Part shown: positions 29,527 through 37,908 of the stretch, piece by piece
Position numbering within the stretch: position 1 is the first letter of the stretch
Layout: every line of letters starts with the position of its first letter
NCBI GenBank assembly: GCA_965209055.1
Contig: OZ242374.1
Location: forward strand, 4,576,001 to 4,640,000
Direction: 5' to 3'
Length of the DNA: 64,000 nt
Source of the DNA: Acidobacteriota bacterium
Lineage (GTDB): Bacteria; Acidobacteriota; UBA6911; RPQK01; JAJDTT01
The notes under the pieces: model-generated
Database searches by the model: none
What the model was told of the DNA's origin: nothing
What the model saw: only the letters and a program-made list of their open reading frames with translations
Made by a program: the position numbers and the translations under genes

Positions 29527-31178
29527 GAATCGGCCCCTGCCTCCTGATCCTCTCCCTGGTTCCGTCCGGAGACGGCCTGGCCAACGCGGAGACCCAGGGG
29601 GGTGTTCCCCGGTTTACGGACCGGACGCGGGAGGCCGGAATCGACTTCCAACACCACAACGGAGCCCGGGGGGGCTACCATCTCTTGGAGATCATGGGAT
29701 CCGGCGGCGCCCTGCTGGACTTCGACGGAGACGGCTACCTGGACCTTTTTGTCGTCGCCGGAAGCAGTATCCCTCCACGAAACAATGAAGAATCCCGCAG
29801 CCGACTCTACCGGAACCGGGGGGACGGCACGTTTCGGGACGTCACGCAGTCGTCCGGCCTGCTGATTCGAACCTACGGGATGGGGGCGGCGGCCGGAGAC
29901 TACGACAACGACGGCGACCCCGACCTCTACGTCACCGGGTATCCCCGGAGCTACCTGTTCCGGAACCAGGGAGACGGCCGTTTCCGGGACGTCTCCCGAG
30001 AGGCGGGCGTCGAAAATGCGGGGCACTGGGGCTCCAGCGCCGGATTCTTCGACTACGACCGGGACGGACTCCTGGATCTGTTCGTCTGCAACTACGTCGG
30101 CTACGATCCCGGCGACGAAACTCCCTGTCACACCGCCGGCCGCAGGAACTACTGCCACCCCACGACCTTCGAGACCGATGCCAGCGTGCTGTACCGGAAC
30201 CAGGGGAACGGCAGGTTTCAGGACCGGAGCAAGAGCAGCGGCATTGGCCACGCGCAAGGGAAAGCCTTGGGCGTGGCCTTCACCGACTTGGAGCCGGACG
30301 GATATCCGGACGTCTTCGTGGCCAACGACACGGTGGCGGACTTCCTGTTTCGGAACAACCGCGACGGCACGTTTCAGGAGGTGGGCTTCGACCAGGGGGT
30401 GGCTCTGGACGAGAACGGCCATCCCCGGGCCGGAATGGGGGTCGACTTCGGCGACTACGACGGAGATGGCCGGATGGATCTCCTGGTGACCAATTTCGCT
30501 GACGAGGGGAACGCCCTCTTCCGCAGGGCCGGGGCCTACTTCAACGAGGTCACCTACCAGTCGGGCATCCTGGAGAAAAGCTACGTCAAGGTGGGATTCG
30601 GGGCCCGTTTCTTCGACTACGACAACGACGGAGACCTGGATGCGTTCGTCGCCAACGGCCACATCGATCCCACCATCAACCAGCTCCGCGATTACGTCTT
30701 TTTTCGCCAGGAGAACCTGCTGTACGAGAATCGGGAGCGCAGTTTCCGGGAACGCTCCGGCGAGGCCGGCTCCTGGTCGCAGGTGCGGGACCTGAGCCGG
30801 GGCGCCGTCTTCGGAGACCTGGACAACGACGGCGACATAGACATCGTGGTCACGAACAACGGGGGGCCCGTCAACCTGCTGCGAAACGATTCAGTCAACC
30901 GGAACCATTGGCTCCTGATCCGGCTGGAAGGAGTCGACAGCAATCGGGACGGGCTGGGGGCCCGGATTCGGGTCCGTGTCGGGGGCCGGGAACTGCACCG
31001 GGAGGTCCAACGGGCGGCCAGCTACCTTTCCAGCCACGACCCCAGGGTGCATCTGGGACTCGGCCACTCGGACGTCGCGGAGCTGGTGGAAATTCACTGG
31101 CCCTCGGGGAACCTGCAGAGTCTCCACAACGTCACGGCCAATCAGATCCTGACGGTTCGGGAGAAAACCGTCCCATGA
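29523..31178 (+). CDS. CRTAC1 family protein (FG-GAP propeller + ASPIC/UnbV)
   Basis: Repeated DxDxDGxxD motifs, LYRNxGDGTF, AGMGVD, C-terminal SNRDGLGARI...SYLSSHDPRVHLGLG..IHWPSG. Confidence 0.92.
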   Translation: MRIGPCLLILSLVPSGDGLANAETQGGVPRFTDRTREAGIDFQHHNGARGGYHLLEIMGSGGALLDFDGDGYLDLFVVAGSSIPPRNNEESRSRLYRNRGDGTFRDVTQSSGLLIRTYGMGAAAGDYDNDGDPDLYVTGYPRSYLFRNQGDGRFRDVSREAGVENAGHWGSSAGFFDYDRDGLLDLFVCNYVGYDPGDETPCHTAGRRNYCHPTTFETDASVLYRNQGNGRFQDRSKSSGIGHAQGKALGVAFTDLEPDGYPDVFVANDTVADFLFRNNRDGTFQEVGFDQGVALDENGHPRAGMGVDFGDYDGDGRMDLLVTNFADEGNALFRRAGAYFNEVTYQSGILEKSYVKVGFGARFFDYDNDGDLDAFVANGHIDPTINQLRDYVFFRQENLLYENRERSFRERSGEAGSWSQVRDLSRGAVFGDLDNDGDIDIVVTNNGGPVNLLRNDSVNRNHWLLIRLEGVDSNRDGLGARIRVRVGGRELHREVQRAASYLSSHDPRVHLGLGHSDVAELVEIHWPSGNLQSLHNVTANQILTVREKTVP

Positions 31179-31181
31179 GTT

Positions 31182-31237
31182 GTGGAGCGACGGTTTCCTA
31201 ACCGCCGACCGGGACCGGCGGCTTTCTTGCCGCCGGA
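31182..31237 (+). repeat. Tandem pair of REP-like palindromes
   Basis: GTGGAGCGACGGTTTCCTAACCGCCGA and GGACCGGCGGCTTTCTTGCCGCCGGA, reverse complements of the units at 42931-42983. Confidence 0.75.
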
Positions 31238-31278
31238 CTCCGATGAAACAATAGACCACACAAGAAACGGCCGCCGAA

Positions 31279-32097
31279 ATGAAGAGGTTGCTCCAAAAAT
31301 CCGATCTGGTGAGTTTTCTCCGTGCAGGGGGCGTGGACCAGACCCGCCTCCTGATGATGCACAGCTCTCTTCATAGTCTGGGCCGGGTCGACGGCGGCGC
31401 CGAGACCGTGATCGATTCCGTGCTGGAGGTCCTGGGAGAGGACGGCACTCTGATGGTCCCCACCTTCAACTACGTCCTGGAGATGGACGTTTTCGATCCC
31501 GCGACCGTACATTCCCAGACGGGCCTGGTCACCAACACGCTGCGCAAGCGCCCGGACTCCGTTCGGAGCCTCCATCCCACCTATTCGGTGGCCGCCATCG
31601 GCCGCCAGGCCGAAGAGTTCACCCGGGAGCACTGGAAGGCGGAATCCACGGGCATCGACTCCCCCATCGACCGGATCGCCCGGGCCGGTGGTTTCATCCT
31701 GCTGCTGGGGGTCAAGCACGACACCGACTCCACCATGCACGTGGGAGAGGCTTACGCCCAAGTTCCCTACCGGGGAGTTCCCTACGACCCCGACTTTCCC
31801 CGAACATCCCAGGTGAGGACGCCCTCCGGCGAGGTGGTGAACGTGGACCTGAACGACGAGCCGGGCTGCAGCACCGGATTCGGCGTCATCGAGATGCCCC
31901 TCAGACAGAAGGGTTTGATCCGGGACTTCAAGATCGAGGCCTCGAAGTGCCAGTTGGTGAGAGGCCTGGACGTCATCGAGACCACGGTGGAAGTCCTCAG
32001 GGAACGGTCCGACGCCCTGCTCTGCTCCAATCCCGAATGTTATTTCTGCACCCATGCCCGGAAGAAGACGGACCTTCACCCGAGATCGGGGGAATGA
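31279..32097 (+). CDS. AAC(3)/YokD-like N-acetyltransferase
   Basis: MHSSLHSLGRVDGGAETVI, GTLMVPTF, RSLHPTYSVAAIG, LLLGV, TMHVGE, C-terminal CSNPECYFC. Confidence 0.88.
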   Translation: MKRLLQKSDLVSFLRAGGVDQTRLLMMHSSLHSLGRVDGGAETVIDSVLEVLGEDGTLMVPTFNYVLEMDVFDPATVHSQTGLVTNTLRKRPDSVRSLHPTYSVAAIGRQAEEFTREHWKAESTGIDSPIDRIARAGGFILLLGVKHDTDSTMHVGEAYAQVPYRGVPYDPDFPRTSQVRTPSGEVVNVDLNDEPGCSTGFGVIEMPLRQKGLIRDFKIEASKCQLVRGLDVIETTVEVLRERSDALLCSNPECYFCTHARKKTDLHPRSGE

Positions 32098-33257
32098 CCG
32101 GGATGGCGACTCACGGTTCGGCGACGACGACGATCGCGAACCCCTTGGCGGGGTCCTGCCGCCGTACCTTCCTGAAAGTAATGGGACTGGCCATGGCGCC
32201 GGCCTGGTGTCCTCTGCGCGCCTCCCCGACTCCACCACCGACTGAAACCGTAACATCGGACTGGCTCACGCCGGTGGAGCGCTTCTTCGTCCGGAGTCAC
32301 CTGGGAACTCCTTCCATCAACCGGGATAAATGGCGGCTTGCGATCGAAGGAGACGTCCGCCGGCCACGGGAGTGGACGTGGGCTCAGATTCGGGAGATGG
32401 AGCAGGAATCCCGCACCGTCACTGTGGAGTGCGCGGAGAACCTCCCAGGTGGCTCATTGGTGGGAAACGCCCAGTGGCGGGGCGTGCCCCTGGCCCGGCT
32501 TCTGGAGGAGGCCGGCGTCGAAGATGACGCCCGGGAGGTCATTCTCGAGGGGGCCGACCGGGGTCTGGACGAACTGGAGATGGTCCCCGTGACCTATGCC
32601 AGAAGCCTGCCTCTGCAGGTGGCGGTGGCCGCCGGCACCCTGATTGCTCTTGAGATGAACGGCCGCCCCCTGACTCCGGAGCACGGATATCCGGCGCGAG
32701 CAATCGTCCCCGGCTGGTACGGAATGGCCCACGTCAAGTGGCTGATACGGATCCGGGTGGTGGCCGAGCCGTTCCGGGGGTTTTACATGGCCAAACGCTA
32801 CTTCACGGCCCGCCGCCATCCCAATACGGGAGAACCGGTCTTGACTCCGGTGACGCGCATGGGCGTCAAGTCCCAAATCGACTCCCCCGTCGACGGTGAG
32901 ACCCTGAGTCCCGGTTCTCACGTCGTCCGGGGCCGGGCCTGGGCTGGATGCCGGACCGTCGACAGGGTCGAGGTCAGTAGCGACGCGGGCAGGTCTTGGA
33001 CCCGGGCCGAACTCCAAGACACACCCAAACAATGCGCCTGGGTCCGTTGGCACCACACCTGGGAGGCTCCCCGGACCGGTCCGTACGCGCTACAGGTCAG
33101 AGCCTTTGATGATCACGGCCAGACCCAACCGCCACAGGAAGACCTGGGCCGGATCAACCGCTACGACAACCGCTGGATTCACACCGTCCGCTGCACCGTC
33201 AGACGCCGCGATCAAGCCGATGCCATCAGCCCCCGCGGAGCGAGTCGGTGGGCCTGA
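32094..33257 (+). CDS. Sulfite oxidase family molybdoenzyme (Tat-exported, no heme domain)
   Basis: CRRTFLK signal, TPVERFFVRSH, Mo-ligand cysteine in ECAEN, GNAQWRGV, HGYPARAIVPGWYG, VKWL, C-terminal dimerisation domain. Confidence 0.88.
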   Translation: MTGMATHGSATTTIANPLAGSCRRTFLKVMGLAMAPAWCPLRASPTPPPTETVTSDWLTPVERFFVRSHLGTPSINRDKWRLAIEGDVRRPREWTWAQIREMEQESRTVTVECAENLPGGSLVGNAQWRGVPLARLLEEAGVEDDAREVILEGADRGLDELEMVPVTYARSLPLQVAVAAGTLIALEMNGRPLTPEHGYPARAIVPGWYGMAHVKWLIRIRVVAEPFRGFYMAKRYFTARRHPNTGEPVLTPVTRMGVKSQIDSPVDGETLSPGSHVVRGRAWAGCRTVDRVEVSSDAGRSWTRAELQDTPKQCAWVRWHHTWEAPRTGPYALQVRAFDDHGQTQPPQEDLGRINRYDNRWIHTVRCTVRRRDQADAISPRGASRWA

Positions 33258-34966
33258 TCCAGATGGTTACAGACCGTCTCTTGGCGGCTCGACGTCCTTC
33301 CCTGATGGCCGCATTGGCGGCCATCGCTGCGGCATGGGCCCACTCAAGCGAGGTCACTTTCGTGGACCGGGCCTCTCAGGCCGGAATCATCCTGGAGGAC
33401 CTCTCGGGCGGGCCCAGGAAGGATGCCCTGCTGGAGACCTTGGGGCATGGAGCGGCCTGGTTCGATTACGACGGAGACGGCTGGGTGGATCTGTACCTGG
33501 CTAACGGGTCTTCCCTGGACAAGATTCGGGGACGGGATCCGGAGCCGCCTCCCGGAGGTGCGCTCTACCGGAACCGGGGTGACGGAACCTTTGACAACGT
33601 GACCCAGCGGGCCGGTGTTTCCGGGGGCGACCTCTGGGCCATGGGGACCGTGGCCGCCGACATCGACAATGATGGAGACCTCGATCTGTTCGTCACCGGT
33701 TACGGACGGAATCTCCTCTTCCGGAACCAGGGAGATGGAACCTTCCAGGAGATCTCGGAGGAAGCCGGGGTCCGGGGCGGCGGGTGGTCCGCGGGAGCCG
33801 CCTTCGGTGACTACGATCGGGACGGGTTTCTGGATCTCTACGTGGCCCGCTACGTGGAGTTCTCGCCTGAGAACTACCCCACCGCATGCCTCTTTTCGGG
33901 TCTGCGCGTCACTTGCGGCCCGCGCCGCTACTCGGGTAGCCCCGACCTGCTTTATCGCAACAACAGAGACGGCACCTTCCAGGACGTCTCCGTCTCCGCA
34001 GGCATCCGGAGCGGTGAGCCCTACAACGGCCTCGGTGTCCTCTTCCTGGACTACGACAACGATGGCCTCCAGGACATCTACGTCGCCAACGACGCCACTC
34101 CGGCCAACCTCTGGCGCAACAACGGCGACGGCAGCTTCACCGACAACGCCGTGCTGGCCGGATGCGCCTTCAGCGAGGACGGCCGGGAACAGGCCCGGAT
34201 GGGAGTCGACGCCGGCGACTTCGACCACAGCGGGCATCTCTCCATCTTCACCACCAACTTCTCCGGCGACGTCAACACGCTCTTCAAGGCGAATCGGGAC
34301 GGGACGTTTTCGGACCAGACGGGACCGTTGGGGTTGGGCGCCCCCAGTCTGCTGCATTTGGGTTGGGGCGCCGGGTTCATCGATTACGACAATGACACTT
34401 GGCTCGATCTGTTCATGGTCAACGGCCACCTCTACCCCGAGGCGGAGCGGCTCGACTACAAGTACCTCCAGTCCAAGCTTCTCTTCAAAAACACTGGAGC
34501 CGGCCACTTTATCGAGGTCACCCGGGAGGCGGGGGCGGCCCTGACCCGTCCCAACGGCGGGCGGGGAGCCGCTTACGCCGACTACGACAACGACGGGGAC
34601 CTGGACGTGGTGGTGACCAATATCGACGGGCTGCCCGAGTTGTTGGAGAATCGGGGTGGCAACCGGCGAAATTTCATCTCCTTCCGTTTGGTGGGAACTC
34701 GAAGCAACCGGGACGGCGTCGGAGCGCGGATTCAAGTCCAAACCGGTGACGTCCGGCAAATGAGGGAGGTCCGTAGCGGCGCCAGCTTCATGTCTCACAA
34801 CGATCTCCGAACCCACTTCGGCCTGGGAGACGGTCTTGTTGCCCAGGTGACAATCCGATGGCCGGATGGCCGGGTCCAGGAGCTTCCCAATTTGGAGGCC
34901 AACCACTTCTACACGGTGCAGGAAACAAAAGGAGTGATCCAAAAGAGGCCGGGGAAGGACCGATGA
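33248..34966 (+). CDS. CRTAC1 family protein (FG-GAP propeller + ASPIC/UnbV), second copy
   Basis: DYDGDGWVD, DIDNDGDLD, DYDRDGFLD and similar motifs; SNRDGVGARI, SFMSHNDLRTHFGLG. Start GTG 33248 or ATG 33263. Confidence 0.9.
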   Translation: MGLIQMVTDRLLAARRPSLMAALAAIAAAWAHSSEVTFVDRASQAGIILEDLSGGPRKDALLETLGHGAAWFDYDGDGWVDLYLANGSSLDKIRGRDPEPPPGGALYRNRGDGTFDNVTQRAGVSGGDLWAMGTVAADIDNDGDLDLFVTGYGRNLLFRNQGDGTFQEISEEAGVRGGGWSAGAAFGDYDRDGFLDLYVARYVEFSPENYPTACLFSGLRVTCGPRRYSGSPDLLYRNNRDGTFQDVSVSAGIRSGEPYNGLGVLFLDYDNDGLQDIYVANDATPANLWRNNGDGSFTDNAVLAGCAFSEDGREQARMGVDAGDFDHSGHLSIFTTNFSGDVNTLFKANRDGTFSDQTGPLGLGAPSLLHLGWGAGFIDYDNDTWLDLFMVNGHLYPEAERLDYKYLQSKLLFKNTGAGHFIEVTREAGAALTRPNGGRGAAYADYDNDGDLDVVVTNIDGLPELLENRGGNRRNFISFRLVGTRSNRDGVGARIQVQTGDVRQMREVRSGASFMSHNDLRTHFGLGDGLVAQVTIRWPDGRVQELPNLEANHFYTVQETKGVIQKRPGKDR

Positions 34967-36519
34967 CTCGAATCGATAGGAGCGGGGGTTTCCAGCCGCC
35001 GATTCCGAGAGTATGGGGGACAAGAAAGTCCCCCCTCCTATGCGTGCTCATCCTGGGAGTCCTGGGCCCCACAGGTTTCGCCCAAACGACGGAGGAAAGG
35101 CTGGCTGAGGTCTATTCCCTGCTTCGTTCCGAGTCCTATGCCCAGGCGGCGCGCTCCCTGGAGGCCCTGATTCAGACGGCCCCGCCCGATGCCTCGCTCC
35201 AGAACCTTCTGGGAACCACCCGGGAGAGAGCGGGAGAAACGGCCCGGGCTCCCTCCTGTTATCTGCGCGCCCTGCAACTGCGCTCCAACTGGTCCACCGC
35301 CCGGTTGAACCTGGCGCTCGCCTATCTCCGCTTGGGACAAAGCTCGGCCGCCGCCGGACAGTTCGCGCGTCTGGTCCGATCCACGGCTCCGGCAACACCG
35401 GCCGTGAGCTTTTTCCACCAAGCTCCCATCGGGGACGAATTGAAGCAATTTGCCGCAACACTGCGGTCGGAAGAGCACGAATTCCTCTCATTGGGGGGCG
35501 TTTTCCTGGTCCACGAGCTTCCTGAAGCTGCGTCGGCGGTCTTCTCCGCCGGCATCCGGGCCAATCCGGTCTCGCCTCTGCTGCAGGACGCCCTGGGACG
35601 CACCTGGCTCAAGATGAAACGCTTCCGAGAGGCGGAAACGGCCTTCGCCCGGACCCTGGAGCTGGACCCGGACGCCGAGGGCGCCTGCCTTCATCTGGGG
35701 TATGCCCAGGCCTCACAAGGACGAGTTGAACCCGCGCGGGAAACCTACGCCGAGTGCGTCCGTCAGGACCCGGACGATTACGCCGGCCACTACTTCCTGG
35801 GATCGACGCTGCTGGACCTGGACCGGCCGCAGGAGGCCATCTCCAAGCTGGAGGAAGCGCTGCGGCTCAACCCGCGCTCGGTCAACTCCCGCCTTTTGCT
35901 GGGAAAAGCATACGCCGCCGCTGGGAGGGACCAAGACGCTCTGGCCGCGTTCCTTGCAGTCGTGGACCGGGAGCCGGACCACGAAGCAGCCCTGTTTCAC
36001 TTGGGGACCTTGCACCGAAAGCTGGGCCAGCCGGAGGAGGCCCGGAAGATCCTGGACCGGTTCCAGAAGGTCAAGGCCTTCGAGCGGCAACGGTCGCGGC
36101 GGGCTCTCCTGCCCGGCTCGGTCCAGGTTGACCCCAGAGAAAGCTCCCGGGTGGCCCAGGCGGTGAACCGGTTCTATCTCCGTTACAAGCAGGCTTTGCT
36201 TCACGGCAGGTACCGGGAGATCTGGGACCTGCTGACGCCGTCTTCACAGGCTCTCTACGGCGACTTTCAGAGCTTCCGGGCCATTGCTTCATCTGTCTAC
36301 GGGAACAGCCAGTCGAGAGACCGGATCGCGGGTAGCCGAATCCGGGACGGCAACACCCTGGGCAAGAGGATCTTCTGCCAACTGGTCACGGCGTGGGGCG
36401 AGCCCCTGCCGCTCCTGGTCCTGGTGCGCCAGGGTGATGAGCTGAAGATCGACCATGCCTTCGATCTGAGCTTGGCAGGGGTTCGCACCCTGGGAGGCCG
36501 GGCGCCAACCGCTCAGTAA
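34963..36519 (+). CDS. Secreted TPR protein with a C-terminal NTF2-like domain
   Basis: ATG 34963 overlaps the upstream stop (ATGA). Signal peptide ends GFAQ, followed by multiple TPR units and C-terminal YKQALLHGRYREIWDLLTPSSQ. Confidence 0.82.
   Translation: MTRIDRSGGFQPPIPRVWGTRKSPLLCVLILGVLGPTGFAQTTEERLAEVYSLLRSESYAQAARSLEALIQTAPPDASLQNLLGTTRERAGETARAPSCYLRALQLRSNWSTARLNLALAYLRLGQSSAAAGQFARLVRSTAPATPAVSFFHQAPIGDELKQFAATLRSEEHEFLSLGGVFLVHELPEAASAVFSAGIRANPVSPLLQDALGRTWLKMKRFREAETAFARTLELDPDAEGACLHLGYAQASQGRVEPARETYAECVRQDPDDYAGHYFLGSTLLDLDRPQEAISKLEEALRLNPRSVNSRLLLGKAYAAAGRDQDALAAFLAVVDREPDHEAALFHLGTLHRKLGQPEEARKILDRFQKVKAFERQRSRRALLPGSVQVDPRESSRVAQAVNRFYLRYKQALLHGRYREIWDLLTPSSQALYGDFQSFRAIASSVYGNSQSRDRIAGSRIRDGNTLGKRIFCQLVTAWGEPLPLLVLVRQGDELKIDHAFDLSLAGVRTLGGRAPTAQ
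34976..35041. repeat. 66-bp inverted REP doublet (REPIN-like) inside a coding sequence
   Basis: ATAGGAGCGGGGGTTTCCAGCCGCCGA ... GGGGGACAAGAAAGTCCCCCCTCCTAT. Both halves match intergenic REP units elsewhere in the window. Confidence 0.75.
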
Positions 36520-36534
36520 ATTCAGGTATCCCGA

Positions 36535-37773
36535 TCAGGGGATACGGAAGATCACTTCTTTCAGATGAGTGGAGTATTGGGCCCGGAGGCTCTGGTACTT
36601 CCCCCTATGGCGTGAGGCCGCTTCCGGCTCGTCCAGGCGAGTGTAGACCTGGGCCAGCTTGAAGTGGGCGGCCGCGTGATTGGGATCCAGGGACAGGACA
36701 CGGTTCAGCAGGAGTTCCGCTTTCCGGTAGTCGTTCCTGAGCCACAGGATCTGGGCGCGGTAGTAAAGCGCCTCGATCCGCTCAGGGTCTTCACGGAGGA
36801 CCCTGCCGAAGGGTTCCCAGGCCGCTTCCGGCGAACCGCTCTTGTAGAGGTTGATTCCGTAGCGATGGGTGGCCTCCAGATGATCCGGTCTCCGCTCCAG
36901 GACCTTCTCCAACTGGCGGACGGCCTCGCGGTGCCGGCCCTGCATCTCGTATCCGATCCCCAGCAGGTAGTACGGGTGCGCCCGCTCCGGATGCATCCGG
37001 ATCGTCCTTTCCAGCAACGGAACGGCCTTGGCGAGGCGGCTGGAGGTGAGATAGCCGTAACCCAGCGACTGGAGCAGTTGTCCGTCGCGGGTCCCCAGTT
37101 CCAGGGCCCGCTCCAGGTGTGAGAGGGCTGCCTCCGATTGTCCCTGCTGCAGGAGAAACAGGCCCAGGAGCCTGAGGCCGGGTCCATTGTCGTGGGCAAG
37201 GGCTGAAACCTGCCGGGCACGCTTCAAACCCTGGTCCGTTTGGCCGTTTCGGAAGTGGATCTCGGAGAGCAGAAGAAGGTGTTCCGCGTCGTCCGGGGTG
37301 GACTCCTCGGCTCGCAGAGCCGCCTCCAAGGCTCCCTTCAGATCACCACCAGCCAACAAGACCCGGGCGCGCCCTGCCCAAGCCGCTGAATGATTCGGGT
37401 CCACCTTCAGGACCCGATCGAAACGAGCCAGCGCCTGCCGGTACTTGCCCAGTGAGAGCAGGGCGTACCCCAGGTTGCTTCCGGCCGCCACATGATCCGG
37501 GTTCAGAGCCAGCGCCCGCTCGAAAGTCTCGATGGCCTGCTGCGCCCGTCCCTGTTGCCGAAAAATGATCCCCCGCAAATTCAGGGCGGCCGGCCAATTC
37601 GGGACGGCGGCCAAGGCCCGGCGGACCTCCGCCTCGGCTCTGGAGAGTTCCCCCTGGGCCAACCACTTACTGGCCTGCTCGTAGTGACGGGCAGGGTCCA
37701 CCTGTGGCTGGAGGGCGGGATTGGGCCCCGCGAGAAGTATGATGAGAGCCAGAGGAATAAACGGAAACGGCAC
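36535..37773 (-). CDS. Secreted TPR-repeat protein
   Basis: GGAGG RBS, GTG start, signal peptide, roughly ten TPR units. Confidence 0.88.
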   Translation of the reverse strand: MPFPFIPLALIILLAGPNPALQPQVDPARHYEQASKWLAQGELSRAEAEVRRALAAVPNWPAALNLRGIIFRQQGRAQQAIETFERALALNPDHVAAGSNLGYALLSLGKYRQALARFDRVLKVDPNHSAAWAGRARVLLAGGDLKGALEAALRAEESTPDDAEHLLLLSEIHFRNGQTDQGLKRARQVSALAHDNGPGLRLLGLFLLQQGQSEAALSHLERALELGTRDGQLLQSLGYGYLTSSRLAKAVPLLERTIRMHPERAHPYYLLGIGYEMQGRHREAVRQLEKVLERRPDHLEATHRYGINLYKSGSPEAAWEPFGRVLREDPERIEALYYRAQILWLRNDYRKAELLLNRVLSLDPNHAAAHFKLAQVYTRLDEPEAASRHRGKYQSLRAQYSTHLKEVIFRIP

Positions 37774-37824
37774 GGTCTAGGCTGCCCTCCTTCCGCCCAA
37801 AGACGGTAGCCAAAACACCCAGAC

Positions 37825-37863
37825 AAAAAAAGGGGCGGGAGTTCACTCCCGCCCCTTTTCTTT
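37825..37863 (-). terminator. Rho-independent terminator after the TonB-dependent receptor gene
   Basis: AAAAAAAGGGGCGGGAG-TTCA-CTCCCGCCCCTTTT: a perfect stem with a U7 tail on the minus strand. Confidence 0.88.
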
Positions 37864-37908
37864 CACGGATCGTTCCGCAAGGCTGTGCAGGACAGCCTCG
37901 TCCAAGAA

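Noticed and set aside
31279-32097. Aminoglycoside resistance gene call for the AAC(3)-like protein
   Set aside because: It is embedded in a chromosomal catabolic operon with no mobility signs. Family membership alone does not show resistance.
34190-34210. ARMGVD instead of the usual AGMGVD in the second CRTAC1
   Set aside because: A single substitution of unknown consequence that cannot be evaluated without alignments or reads.
29523-34966. Enediyne or other secondary-metabolite cluster suggested by the UnbV domains
   Set aside because: No PKS, NRPS, thioesterase or precursor peptide is visible in the window.
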